From assembly GCA_038087875.1 (NCBI GenBank), contig CM075988.1:23748001-23812000 (forward strand): a stretch of DNA of 64,000 nt. The letters run 5' to 3'. Of the stretch, positions 1 through 12,654 are shown piece after piece. Below the pieces are notes generated by a model. It searched no databases. It was not told where the DNA came from and was given only the letters and a program-made list of their open reading frames with translations. Both the position numbers and the translations under genes were made by a program. Source of the stretch: Malacoraja senta. Taxonomy: Eukaryota. Positions within the stretch are counted from its first letter, which is position 1. Each line of letters opens with the position of its first letter.

Positions 1-32
1 CTATTGTCATGTGGACCGAGGTACAGTGAAAA

Positions 33-582
33 TAGACAATAGACAATAGGTGCAGGAGTAGGCCATTTGGTCCTTCGAGCCAGCACCGCCATTCAATGTG
101 ATCATGGCTGATCATCCCCAATCAGTACCCCGTTCCTGCCTTCTCCCCATATCCCCTGACTCCGCCATCTTTAAGAGCCCTATCTAGCTCTCTCTTGAAA
201 GCATCCAGAGAACCTGCCTCCTCCGCCCTCTGAGGCAGAGAATTCCACAGACTCACCACTCTCTGTGAGAAAAAGTGTTTCCTCGTCTCCGTTCTAAATG
301 GCTTACTCCTTATTCTTAAACTGTGGCCCCTGGTTCTGGACTCCCCCAACATCGGGAACACGTTTCCTGCCTCTAGCGTGTCCAAACCCTTAACAATCTT
401 ATATGTTTCAAAGAGACACCCTCTCATCCTTCTAAACTCCAGAGTGTACAAGCCCAGCTGCTCCATTCTCTCAGCATATGACAGTCCCGCCATCCCGGGA
501 ATTAACCTTGTAAACCTACGCTGCACTCCCTCAATAGCAAGAATGTCCTTCCTCAAATTAGGGGACCAAAACTGCACACAAA
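33..582 (-). mobile_element. CR1-clade LINE 3' fragment, young high-copy family. Near-identical copies at ~1277-1500, 20965-21212, 21648-22180, 27447-27926, 30017-30305, 33210-33495, 40160-40578, 42840-43202, 44767-45180, 48020-48245, 53378-53950, 62527-62680
   Basis: ORF2 C-terminus QFWSP...[14 protein letters not shown]...HFFSQRVVSLWNSLP...FKRELD, 5'-truncated, with a (CTATTGT)n tail. Confidence 0.93.
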
Positions 583-599
583 AGCTCTTGTTGCGCCCT

Positions 600-855
600 C
601 AGAACAAGCATCCTTTGTGTGCCTCTTGTCACCTCCCCCCCCCCCCCCCAGCCAACAATGAACCATTCTACATTGCCTTGATCATCGTCTACTTTGATCT
701 GTCGTTTTTACACCTTACCCATCCATATCTCTAGTTTCCCTCTCCCCTGACTCTCGGTCTGAAGAAGGGTCTCCACCCGAAACGTCACCCGTTCCTTCTC
801 TCCACAGACGCTGCCCGACCCGATGAGTTACTCAAGCATTTTGTGTCTATCTTTG
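600..855 (+). mobile_element. Penelope-like element 3' terminal repeat with hammerhead-like core
   Basis: CTGAAGA-stem-GAAACGTC at 759-786, followed by the GCTGCC...GAGTTACTC...TTTTGTGTCTA terminus shared by dozens of copies. Confidence 0.7.
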
Positions 856-926
856 TCAAAAAGAATAACGTCATTGCACATTTTATTTAAGACCTTGGCT
901 TCCTTAAAAACTCCACAGATATTTTT

Positions 927-1137
927 TTGTTTCTTCTCTTTTTTCTCTTTCTTTCTTTATTTCATCTATATCTTTTTAGTTCTATTTAGTTTAAAAAAAA
1001 AAAAAAAAGTATTGGAGACATTGTAATAATAATGGACGATATTAGTAATTTAAAAATGTAAGACTGGTATCGATTTTAATATGATATGTATCTACCTCCA
1101 ATAAAAAATAATTTTCAAAAAAATAAAACAACAAAAA
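927..1137 (+). mobile_element. Poly(A)-tailed retroposed fragment (L1-type insertion)
   Basis: ~21-bp TSD AAAAACTCCACAGATATTTTT (906-926 and 1138-1158), AATAAA and an A-rich tail. Confidence 0.75.
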
Positions 1138-1661
1138 AAAAACTCCACAGATATTTTTAAACATTCAGAAGAGCAGAGGGAGGCTATTCTGCCCCTCAAG
1201 CCTGTTTAGACTTTAAACTTTAGAGATACATGGCAGAAACTGGCCTTTCGGACCACCGAGTCGACATTGAAACCTGTCTGTGGAATTCTCTGCCTCAGAG
1301 GGCGGTGGAGGCAGGTTCACTGGATGCTTTCAAGAGAGAGCTAGATAGGGCTCTTAAAAATAGCGGAGTCAGGTGATGTGGGGAGAAGGCAGGAACGGGG
1401 TACTGATTGGGGATGATCAGCCATGATCACATTGAATGGCGGTGCTGGCTCGAAGGGCCGAATGGCCTACTCCTGCACCTATTGTCTATTGTCTATTGTC
1501 TTTAAAAGTGTTCACCCCATACACTACTTGCACTATCCTACACACTGGGGACAATTTATAATTTTACCAAAACCAATTAAGCTACAAATCTACATGTTTT
1601 GAAGTGTGGGAGGGAACCGGAGCACCCGGTCATGGGGAGAATGTACAAACTCCGTACAGAC

Positions 1662-1861
1662 NNNNNNNNNNNNNNNNNNNNNNNNNNNNNNNNNNNNNNN
1701 NNNNNNNNNNNNNNNNNNNNNNNNNNNNNNNNNNNNNNNNNNNNNNNNNNNNNNNNNNNNNNNNNNNNNNNNNNNNNNNNNNNNNNNNNNNNNNNNNNNN
1801 NNNNNNNNNNNNNNNNNNNNNNNNNNNNNNNNNNNNNNNNNNNNNNNNNNNNNNNNNNNNN
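1662..1861. other. Assembly gap (200 N)
   Basis: Run of N. Confidence 1.
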
Positions 1862-2704
1862 GTGGGAGGAATCCGAAGATCTCGGAGAAAACCCACGCAG
1901 GTCACGGGGGAGAACGTACAAACTCCGTACAGACAGCACCCGTAGTCGGGATCGAACCCGGGTCTCCGGAGCTGCATTCGCTGTAAGGCAGCAACTCTAC
2001 CGCTGCGCCACCGTGACCGCCCTGGTAAGCGTTTTATCATTTTAAAATGATAAAACACTTGCCACCTCCCATACCTGCATCTCAGGGGCCTCCACCTGAC
2101 TAGTGCGATCGACAGCGGGTCCCATAACGGCCCAAACAGCCACTTCACAACCCACAACCCACAGAACTGAAGTGAAAGCAAGTTGTCCACGAGCTGAGCA
2201 GAGGTAAATGGGCCATTCTAGCATTAGAGCCATCGAATCATAGAGTGATACAGTGTGGAAACAGGCCCATCGACCCAACTTGCCCACACCGGCCAACAAT
2301 GTCCCACCTACTCTAGTCCCACCCGCCTGCGCTTGGTCCATATCCCTCCAAACCTGTCCTATCCATGTACTAGTACACTGTAAAACACATGCACGATTGC
2401 AACGTGTTAAAAGGAACTGCAGATGCTGGTTTAAACCAAAGATAGACACAAAAGGCTGGAGTAACTCAGCGGGTCAGACAGCATCTCTGGAGAAAAGGAA
2501 TGGGTGACGTTTCGGGTCGGAACTCTTCTTCAGACTCATTTCCCATTTCGAGTGTGGGGACCCAACACAGACAGTGGAGTACAGAGTCACCAGTTGCCCC
2601 AAACTCCGGCCACTGAATGGTGAACGAGGTGTGATTGACCTGGACGATGACACGTTGGCCTGGCTCGCCTCAACGGAGCTGCAGGTCTGAAAGACATACG
2701 ACAG
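1862..2704 (+). repeat. ~840-bp near-identical direct duplication of 4759-5599
   Basis: The same SINE, unique segment, CR1 and Penelope mosaic occurs twice with only scattered substitutions. Confidence 0.93.
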
Positions 2705-5700
2705 CGAAATCTGAGGTGCTGTTCCTCCAATTTACCTTTCACTTAAAATGATTTTAGTTTTTTTCCATCCGAACTTTGCTCACTTTCCTCCTTTAAGTCC
2801 AAACATCTCATAAACTCTTTTTAAAATTTCACGGCATCTACTCAAACCCAGTCCTGTACAGAATCAACCTTCCAGCCTTGCTGGGGCCTTCACCTTCGAC
2901 TAGGAGGATGCCATTTGGCCTCCCACCACTTAACAAAATTCATGGTCGTTCTCGGTCAGTTTTGTCCGACATACATTAAGAGCTTTGATTGAGATAAATT
3001 CATCAACGGCTTCTTGCAGGTCAATTCTAAACAGGACCACACCTGCCAAGGTGGAAGTCCAATCGTCAGTTTTGCCTTTTATTCTGTACCATTTATCTGA
3101 GGATGGATGTGCTGGCGGTGGGGAGGGTCCTGAGGAGGTTTACAAGAATAATCCTGCTGATGATGGGAGTTGATATACGAGGAGCGTTTGATGACACTGG
3201 GCCTGTACTCGCTGGAGTTTAGAAAGATGAAGGGGAGATGTCATTGAAACCTCCTGGATAATGAATGGGCATGGAGAGGATGTTGCCGTTACTGGGAGAA
3301 TCTAGGACCAGAGGAAACAGCCTCAGAATAAAAGGACGTACCTTCAGAATAGAGATGAGGAAGAATTTCTTCAGCTAGAGGGTGGTGAATCTGTGGAATT
3401 TATTATCACAGATGGCTTTGGAGGCCAAGTCATTGGGCATTTTTAAAGCGGAGATTGATAGATTCTGGATTAGTAAGAGTGTCAAAGGTTACGGGTAGAA
3501 GGCAGGAGAAGTGGGTTGAGAGGGAATAATAGATCAGTCATGATCGAATGGTGGAGCAGAGGATGGGCCGAATGGCCTAATTGTGCTCTTATGTCTTATA
3601 ACCTTGTGAAATCTTTCCATCCAATCCTGTGCCAAATAATCCATGTGCCATAAACCAAAGCAGTTGAGGCCAAGTCAATGGATATTTTTAAGGCGGAGAT
3701 TGACAGTCTAGATTAGTACGGGTGTCAGGGGTTACGGGGAGAAGGCAGGAGAATGGGGTTGAGAGGGAGAGATAGAGCAGCCATGGTGGAGTAGACTCGA
3801 TGGGCCGAATGGCCTAATTCTGCTCCTATCACTTATGATCTTTGGCCAATCCAACATCTACACAATGTGGCTGTGACATGATTGGCCAAGTCACCCCAAC
3901 CCTTCTCAATGGCCTTTGCATGAAATAGCCAATGAATGTTCTTCTCAGCCCCTATCTCCTCTCCCCCTCCCCCTCACCCCCCCCATTACCACCCAGCTGA
4001 ATATCTGCTACATTTCACACACTGCCGATCATGCATCTTGTCTGCTTGTGTTTTGAGTCAGTTTCCGTGTCATTTATAGATGCCCGCAGTCGATGGCATT
4101 GTTTTGAACATGCATGATGATCACTGGTGTGTGTGTGTGGTCCAACATGGAGGTAGGATGCAATGTAACATCTGTTGGTTCAGGAACTCATCTCCGAACT
4201 CAGACTCACGTCTGGCACACGCCCCGAATATCTTTACTTTTCACGCACTCTTGACCATGCGGTTTGTCCACTTCTGTTTTTAAATCAGCTTGTGGGCATT
4301 GATAGTAAAAAACATACAAATATATATATTGAAAACACCCAGCAGCTCAGGCAGCAAATGTGGGAGGGGAACCAAGCAAGGGTTAGCATGCCTACCAAGA
4401 TGCTCCAAAGATAGACACAAAATGCTGGAAATTGCCTGGAGATGAGAGGAAATTCTTAACGGATGTTCTGGGAACATCCTTGCCTCACTCACCAGTTTGC
4501 AAATGTTTTTGTCTCATTCCCGCTCCAAATGAAGGAGCAGTGGCCCGGGTGGCACCGGGACCCAGGAATCTCTGTCAAGAGCAAACAGAAGCCCAGTGAA
4601 AATTTTAGTTTAGAGATACAGCACGGAAACAGGCCCTTCGGCCCACCGGGCCCGCGCTGACCAGCGATCTCCACACATTAACGCTATCCTACACCCACTA
4701 GGGACAATTTTTACCTTTACCAAGCCAATTAACCTACAAACCTGTACGTCTTTGGAGTGTGGGAGGAATCCGAAGATCTCGGAGAAAACCCACGCAGGTC
4801 ACGGGGAGACGTACAAACTCCGTACAGACAGCACCCGTAGTCGGGATCGAACCTGGGTCTCCGGAGCTGCATTCGCTGTAAGGCAGCAACTCTACCGCTG
4901 CGCCGCCGTGACCGCCCTGGTAAGCGTTTTATCATTTTTAAATGATAAAACACTTGCCACCTCCCATACCTGCATCTCAGGGGCCTCCACCTGACTAGTG
5001 CGATCGACAGCGGGTCCCATAACGGCCCAAACAGCCACCTCACAACCCACAACCCACAGAACTGAAGTGAAAGCAAGTTGTGCACGAGCTGAGCAGAGGT
5101 ACATGGGCCATTCTAGCATTAGAGCCATCGAATCATAGAGTGATACAGTGTGGAAACAGGCCCATCGACCCAACTTGCCCACACCGGCCAACAATGTCCC
5201 ACCTACTCTAGTCCCACCTGCCTGCGCTTGGTCCATATCCCTCCAAACCTGTCCTATCCATGTACTAGTACACTGTAAGACACATGCACGATTGCAACGT
5301 GTTAAAAGGAACCGCAGATGCTGGTTTAAACCAAAGATAGACACAAAATGCTGGAGTAACTCAGCGGGTCAGACAGCATCTCTGGAGAAAAGGAATGGGT
5401 GACGTTTCGGGTCGGAACTCTTCTTCAGACTCATTTCCCATTTCGAGTGTGGGGACCCAACACAGACAGTGGAGTACAGAGTCACCAGTTGCCCCAAACT
5501 CCGGCCACCGAATGGTGAACGAGGTGTGATTGACCTGGACGATGACACGTTGGCCTGGCTCGCCTCAACGGAGCTGCAGGTCTAAAAGACATACGACAGA
5601 AGAAGAAGACTCATTTCTCAATTCAGACGAAAGAGTCCGAAGAAGGGTCTCGGCACGGAACATCACCCATTCCTTCTCTCCTGCAATGCTGTCTGACCCG

Positions 5701-8700
5701 CAGGGTTACTCCGGCACTTTGTGCCTATCTTCTGCAGGATTACAATGCCGGATAGCAGATTGTAAAAGATTCACAGCCTATCGTTGCAAGAAAAAATAAT
5801 AAACCTTTGAAGTTCTGATGCTAATCAAAACAAAGGAAGTAGTGGGGAACAAAGTGGATGAATTCTGTAGCTGCTATCTCATGCCTTCCCTCCCCCATTG
5901 ATGTTCTCTGTTGCAGCACACGAGCATGGTTCAGTTTTCACTCACCACCCGTGTCAGATCTGATTAGACAACGCGAAGCTAATCCCACAATTGATCAGCA
6001 CGTCTGTAGTGAGTGGTAACTCAAGATCTTGATTTCAGATGAGAAACCTGAATGACTCAGATACCTTAACATGACCTTTAGATGGGTCGGGGCAGAGGCA
6101 ACACGTTCGGCATTAAATCCGGGACAGGCGCTGTTCCCGGCTCAGGGGATGGGCAAGGTTCTGACACCCCACTCTGGGAAAATGCAAACGCACGTCTCAT
6201 CTCACACCAGAGTGGCAAATCCAGGAAGACTGCGTGAAACAACAGGAAACAAATTGGGAGATCTAGGCCGTGTAGGAAGGAACTGCAGATGCTGGTTTAC
6301 ACAGAAACATAGAAAATAGGTGCAGGAGTAGGCCAATCGGCCCTTCCAACCATTCAATATGATCCTTCTGAACCTTCTGAATCTTGAAGTCGGCAGGGCA
6401 GTACTCTGCATATCGCCAACTTGGACAATTTTACATTTTATCAAGCCAATTAAACAACCCAATTAACCTACAAACCTGCACGTCTTTGGAGTGTGGGAGG
6501 AAACCGAAGTTCTCGGAGAAAACCCACGCAGGTCACGGGGAGAACGTACGTACAAACTCCGTACAGACAGCGCCCGTAGTCGGGATCGAACCGGGGTCTC
6601 CGGCGCTGCATTTTGCCGTAAGGCAGCAACTCTACCGCTGCGCCACCGTGACTGCCCTCATGGCTGATCTTCCAAAATCAGTACCCCCGTTCCATTCTCC
6701 CCATATCCCCTTGATTCCATTAGCCCCAAGAGTTAAATCTAACTCTCTCTTGAAAACATCCAGTAAACTGGCCTCCACTGCCTTCTGTGGCAGAGAATTC
6801 CACAGATTCACAACTCTCTGGGTACCTTTGAACCAAAGACAGACACAAAAAGCTGGAGGAACTCAGCGGGTCAGGCAGCATCTCTGGAGAAAAGGAATGG
6901 GTGACATTTCGGGTCGAGACCCTTCTTCAGCCCAATTTTTATCCTTGGACTAATTTCACTGGGGAAGAACATTTGGTTAGACACCATTTCCGTTTGTGTA
7001 CAAAATGGCACATTCCTAACATTAACCTCACAAAGCACATTATTGGTCCCGATGTACCGAGAGCCACACTTGTGCTTTGGAAGCACAAACTCCCTGCCTG
7101 CTGTGGGCTCACTCACTAGAGAGAGTTAGATATAGTTCCCAAGGAATCAAGGGATATGGGGAGAAAGCAGGAACGGGGTACTGATTCTGGATGATCAGCC
7201 ATGATCATATTGAATGGCTGTGCTGGCTCGAAGGGCTGAATGGCCTCCACCTGCATTTTCTATGTTTCTATGTCTATGTTTCTGTGAGACACTTGTGGCC
7301 TGGATCATCGACATTGACCTCGACTCCAATGACTTATGAAGAGCGAGTTATTTAAAGTTGGGAACTCGATAGAGACAAGAAGGCTACAACGTGCCCAGTT
7401 GGAAGATAAGGTGCAGATCAGTGTTGTAGCAGTGCAGGGGGGGGGGGGGGGGGGCATAGAGAGTGTGGGAGTGGGCCGGTGACTTAAAGTGGCAGGCAAC
7501 CAGAACTCAGGGTTACTCACTCCTGCAGAGCTGCCCTGAAAATCTATTTGGGTGCTGTCTGTACGGAGTTTGTACGTGCTGCCCGTAACCAGTGTGGGTT
7601 TTCTCCGGGTGCTCCGGTTTCCCCCCACACTCCAAAGCCGTACAGGTTTGTAGGTTAATTGGCTTGGTATAATTGTAAATTGTCCCTCGTGTGTGTGTGT
7701 AGGATAATGCAAGTGTGTGGGGATCGCAAGTGAATTGCTGTTTCACCCGGGAATATTAATCTTGCAGGGAATTGAAACAAAGTTTAATGAGATTCATGAG
7801 ATAAAGCGATTGTCCTAAACGAGAGAGATTGTGCATACAAAGTCTGTATTTTCTAAAATGGGTGCTGGCAAGATGATTTCCCTGATGAGGGGTTGGTCAC
7901 TTGCATCAGTAATAAAGATCTTTTTAATATACAAGGTAGGCAAAAATGCTGGAGGAACTCAGCGGGTGAGGCAGCATCTATGGAGCGAAGGAATAGGTGA
8001 CGTTTCGGGTCGAGAACCGGAAAGCATCTATGGAGCGAAGGAATAGGCGACGTTTCGGGTCGAGACCCGGAAGGGTCTCGACCCGAAACGTCACCTATTC
8101 CTTCCCTCCATAGATGCTGCCTCACCCGCTGAGTTCCTCCAGCATTTTTGTCTACCTTCGATTTTTCCAGCATCTGCAGTTCTTTCTTTAAAAAAATTTT
8201 AATATACAAAAAATGGACTCTTTAGTTATTCTCTCCTTTGCAAAGGCTCTGGTGGTTGGTAGTTGAATATATTCAAGTCAGAGTGTACTAGGTGTTTCAA
8301 CATTAAGATTCAAGAGAGTTTATTGTCATGTGTCCCAGATAGGACAATGACATTCTTGCCTTGCTACATTAAGGAGATGACTTGAGGAATAGGGGCAGCG
8401 TTTACGAGTGTGAAGTCGAGCTAGATTATCGACCATGAAATTATTGAACGGCAGCAACTAGATAGCGGTCCTGAGCTCCCATTTATCTCATTGGAGACCC
8501 CCTGACTATCTTTAACCAGCACTAAACATTATTCCCTTAATCCTGTATCTGTACAGTGTGGACGGCTTGATTGTAATCATGTGTAAGAAGGAACTGCAGA
8601 TGCTGGTTTACACCGAGGATGGACACCAAATGTTGGAATAACTCAGCGGGACAGGCAGCATCTCTGGGGAAAAGAAATAGGTGACGTTTCGGGTTGAGAC

Positions 8701-10094
8701 CCGTCATCATGTTTAGTCTTTCCACTGACTGGATAGCACACGACAACAAAAGAGCATTTCACTGGACCTCGGTACATGTGAGGCTAATAAACGGAACTAA
8801 AACAGATGGTCACCTCCCAAATCCAAGACTCAGCCACCAAGAGCAGCAGGAAGACATGGGCAGGTTTCCTTCCAAGTCGCACACCATCTTGACTTGGGTT
8901 GAAGCCTGGGACTCATTCCTGAACCATGTAGTGAAAGTACCTTCACCTGTGGTTCAAAATGGAGGCTCACCATTTCTCATGGGCAATTAACAATGGGCAT
9001 TCGATTAAAAAAAAAGAGAAACTATTTTGTTTGTTGGGAGAGTTCAGGAAGTCAAAATCTCAGTTAGGACACATTGGTGATAAGAACTTCCTTGAAACTT
9101 TTTGAATAAGAACATAACTCCTTTTCTCATTGCAATCAATACCTGTTGCTGAATGATCCAAACTCTCAAGTGGTGGATAATGTTCACCATTCCAGCTTCC
9201 TTCCACCTCTCTAACTAAAGCAGGAACAGTTGGAAAAGATCATCAACCTGACCTATAGACACAAAAAGCTGGAGTAACCCAGCGGGTCAGGCAGCATCTC
9301 TGGAGAAGAGGAATAGGTGACCTTTTCGGGTCGAGACCTTTCTTCAGTCAGAGTTACTCCAGCTTTTTGTGTCTATCTTTGGTTTCAACCAGCATCGGCA
9401 GTTCCTTCCCACACATCAACCTGACCCAGTCATTCATATTTCTCTCTCCACCGATGCTGCCTAACCTGTCGAGTGGCTCAACCACTTTCTGCCTTTGTTT
9501 TAGATGGCCGGTGGTATTTTCTTTAGGATCGATGTATTATGAGAAGATGAGAAGTACAAGAGTCAAAAACAAAATCTCTGCTCTGAGCGGTGGAACCAAA
9601 TAGATAAATCTCTCCCCCACCTGCATCCCTGCAGTGACTCAGACTGTGCCCTGTGGGTAGCAACTGCCCACAATGACTCATTTCCCAGCACCAAGGTTGC
9701 TGACACCCATAACACCCTTAATGTCAGTGGAAGGAACAATAATGTAGGCTCAAATGTAGTCGAAACACACTTACAATCTGTAAATGATTGAATAATTAAG
9801 ACATCAAAAGATAATAACTCCATGCACGCACTAATTATTCTTAAAGGGAATGCAGGCCTTCAATAACTTAACACAGAGTAGGCTGATTAATAAGATCAGG
9901 ACCTTTACAATCAAAGTGCACCACGCCAACTAAAGAGACGCAAAACTGAAACCAGAGTAGGAGTTGACCATAATTACTTTGACCGTAAGTGTTGTTGGTG
10001 AAGTTCCACTGCTGGGTGCATGAATTGCTTCATTCATTCAAAGGCTCCATTATTAAGCATGAGGTTTTGGTGTGCAAAAGGCAATAGTTAAATG

Positions 10095-10456
10095 GAAGAT
10101 AGACACAAAAAGCTGGAGTAACTCAGCGGGACAGGCAGCGTCTCTGGAGAGAAGGAATGGGTGACGTTTCGGGTTGAGAAGTCTGTAGAAGGGTCTCGAC
10201 CCGAAACGTCACCTATTCCTTCTGAAGTCTGAAGAAGGGTTTCGGCCCAAAACGTTGCCTATTTCCTTCGCTCCATAGATGCTGCTGCACCCGCTGAGTT
10301 TCTCCAGCACTTTTGTCTACCTTCGATTTTCCAGCATCGGCAGTTCCTTCTTAAACACCCATTCCTTCTCTCCAGAGATGCTGCCTGTCCCGCTGAGTTA
10401 CTCTAGCTTTTTGTGTCTATCTTCGGTTTAAACCAGCATCTGCAGTTCCTTCCTGC
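10095..10456. mobile_element. Palindromic (inverted) Penelope-derived element with a nested second copy. Similar structures at 7934-8187, 11826-12002, 22740-22958, 28915-29160, 32418-32658, 54636-54822, 55775-55927, 55973-56148
   Basis: Arms of ~90-130 bp that are reverse complements of each other, meeting at GGGTCTCGACCC. Confidence 0.75.
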
Positions 10457-11329
10457 ACAGTTAAATGGAAGTTGTGGAAAATGGGAATTGGTTAATATAG
10501 TGTTCCAATAATTTGTAGATTAGAACGGAGAAATGGGGGGGGGGGGGGGGGGGGGGGAGGGTCAGATATGTAAGTAAACTATAGAAGTAACAAAAGCAAG
10601 TCACTGGGACTATCATTTAACAGGATTGTATTACAGGTTGTATTGAATTTGTGTTGGGGTTACACAGAATGGCGAGAAGATCCGGAAAATATTTTAGGAC
10701 GAATCAGGAAAAAATTGAAAGGGATGGGACCACCAAAAAAAATCTTCAGGGTGATCTTTTAGACTTTTGGGTTTAGAGATATAGCACGGAAACAAGCCCT
10801 TCGGCCTAACAAGTCCGTGCCAACCAGCGATCTCCCCTTATATCCACACACACACACTATCCTACATCCTAGAGACAATTTTACAACTTTACCAAAAACA
10901 ATTAACCTACAAACCCACGTGTCATTGGAATGTGGGAGAAAACCGGAGCATCCAGAGAAAACCAACGCGGTCACTGCGAGAACGTACAAACTCCGTACAG
11001 ACAGCACCCGTAGTCAGATTTGATAGAAGTCTTCCAAGTTACAAAAGAGCTTCACTGTATTCTTGCCGCAAAGATGTTTCCACTTGTTCAGGAAAACAAT
11101 CACAGAGTGATAAATACGACAGTCACAGTGAAGTCCAATTAGGAATCACTCACACCTTCCCCAGAGAAACCATTCACCTACTCCAGATCAACGGGGTGGC
11201 TGCGGGAAGATTCACAAACTCAACCCATGCCCATCTCCTTGTGAGAAACACAGAATATTCCTCATTTTGGTGCCCAGGTCACCTCTGTCCACATTGAGTG
11301 TGCCTTGGTTTACACTCTCCGCTCCACCA

Positions 11330-12172
11330 GCCTCCCCCATTCATCACACCATCCCATACAATTCCCACTTACTTTAACAATATTCCATTAGCAGACATAC
11401 CTTCCCCTCCCCTTCACTTTCCTCATTCTGAGGGGACTGTTCCTTTCATCACTCTTCACCCAAGATGCAACTCCCATTCCTTGAAAGCATCCCAACCCAC
11501 CATCCAAACATTCATGTCGGGACAAGCAGTCATTGATTCGCCTGTCCTCTGATCTCGTGTATTGCTGATGAAGTGGTCTCCACCACGTTGGAGGAGTTGA
11601 TCGCAGATCGGGGTCACCACTTTGTGGAGTGCCCCCGTTCAGTCTGCCAGGTGTGGTGTGTCCTGAGTTACAGTGTCATAAACTCATAGAGTGATACAGC
11701 ATGGAAACAGGCTCTTCGGCCCAACGTTCCCACACTGGCCAACATGTCACGGCTACACTAGTCCCACCTGCCTGCGTTTGGTCCATATCCCTCCAAACCT
11801 GTCCTAGCCATGTACCTGGTGGACCAAAATGCTGGAGAAACTCAGCGGGTGCAGCAGCCTATGGAGCGAAGGAAATAGGCAACGTTTCGGCTTGAAAAGT
11901 TGCCTATTTCCTTGGCTCCATAGATGCTGCTGCACCCGCTGAGTTTCTCCAGCACTTTTGTCTACCTTCGATTTTCCAGCATCTGCAGTTCCTTCTTAAA
12001 CACAAGCCATGTACCTGTGTGCTTCTTAAACGTTAAGCTTCCAGTTTCCCAGTGTTAATTCTGCATCAAACTCCCTCTCTCTGCTCTTCTATCAACTCCT
12101 GCGCCGTTACAAGATGGTCCAATGTACGCTTGAGGAACAACGATACATTTTCCCTCAGGAAATGCTGTGGGC
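11330..12172 (+). mobile_element. Degenerate Penelope-like GIY-YIG endonuclease remnant, interrupted by younger insertions
   Basis: Decayed motifs SSDLVYC...GLHHVG...FVECPRSV (11545-11645) and LEEQRYIF (12129-12152) resemble Penelope SNLVYCI...LLYIGET...FAEHLRSV...KLEEQHLIF. A KLEEQHLRF scrap also lies on the minus strand near 2706-2734. Confidence 0.6.
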
Positions 12173-12265
12173 TAAGTCATGGAGCACAGAAACAGCCCTT
12201 CGGCCCAGTTTGCCCACCCCGACCATGATGCCCCATTTACACTAGTCCTACTAGCCTGTTTGGAC

Positions 12266-12654
12266 CAAAGATCCTACAGCGAGCAAGATAGATCACTCGA
12301 CGAAAAAGACGTAGTACGGTCATGGGCAGATTCATGGGTAATTTTCGGCCCCATTTCCGTAACCGGTTTCCGTCTCCGCTCCAAAGATCCCATAGGATAC
12401 TAGTGCGGAGACGGAAGCCGGTTACGGAAACATCCTTGCAAAAATAAAAGTTGTTTGGGAAAAATCTTCTCCTCATTTTCAGAATTATAATTTATTAACA
12501 CAAACTGTTCCCCCGCAACGTTGATTACACTGCGAGTCGGGTCGGTCGGGTTACAGAAATGGATGAAAAAAAGGCCCACGTTCCATTCTGTTCTACACGT
12601 CAGCCCATTGCATTTAGAAGGAGTGGTCTATCTTGCTCCACTATAGGATCTTTG
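12266..12654 (+). mobile_element. hAT-type MITE family A, copy 1
   Basis: ~33-bp TIR CAAAGATCCTA(C/T)AG...; perfect 8-bp TSD GTTTGGAC. Confidence 0.9.
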
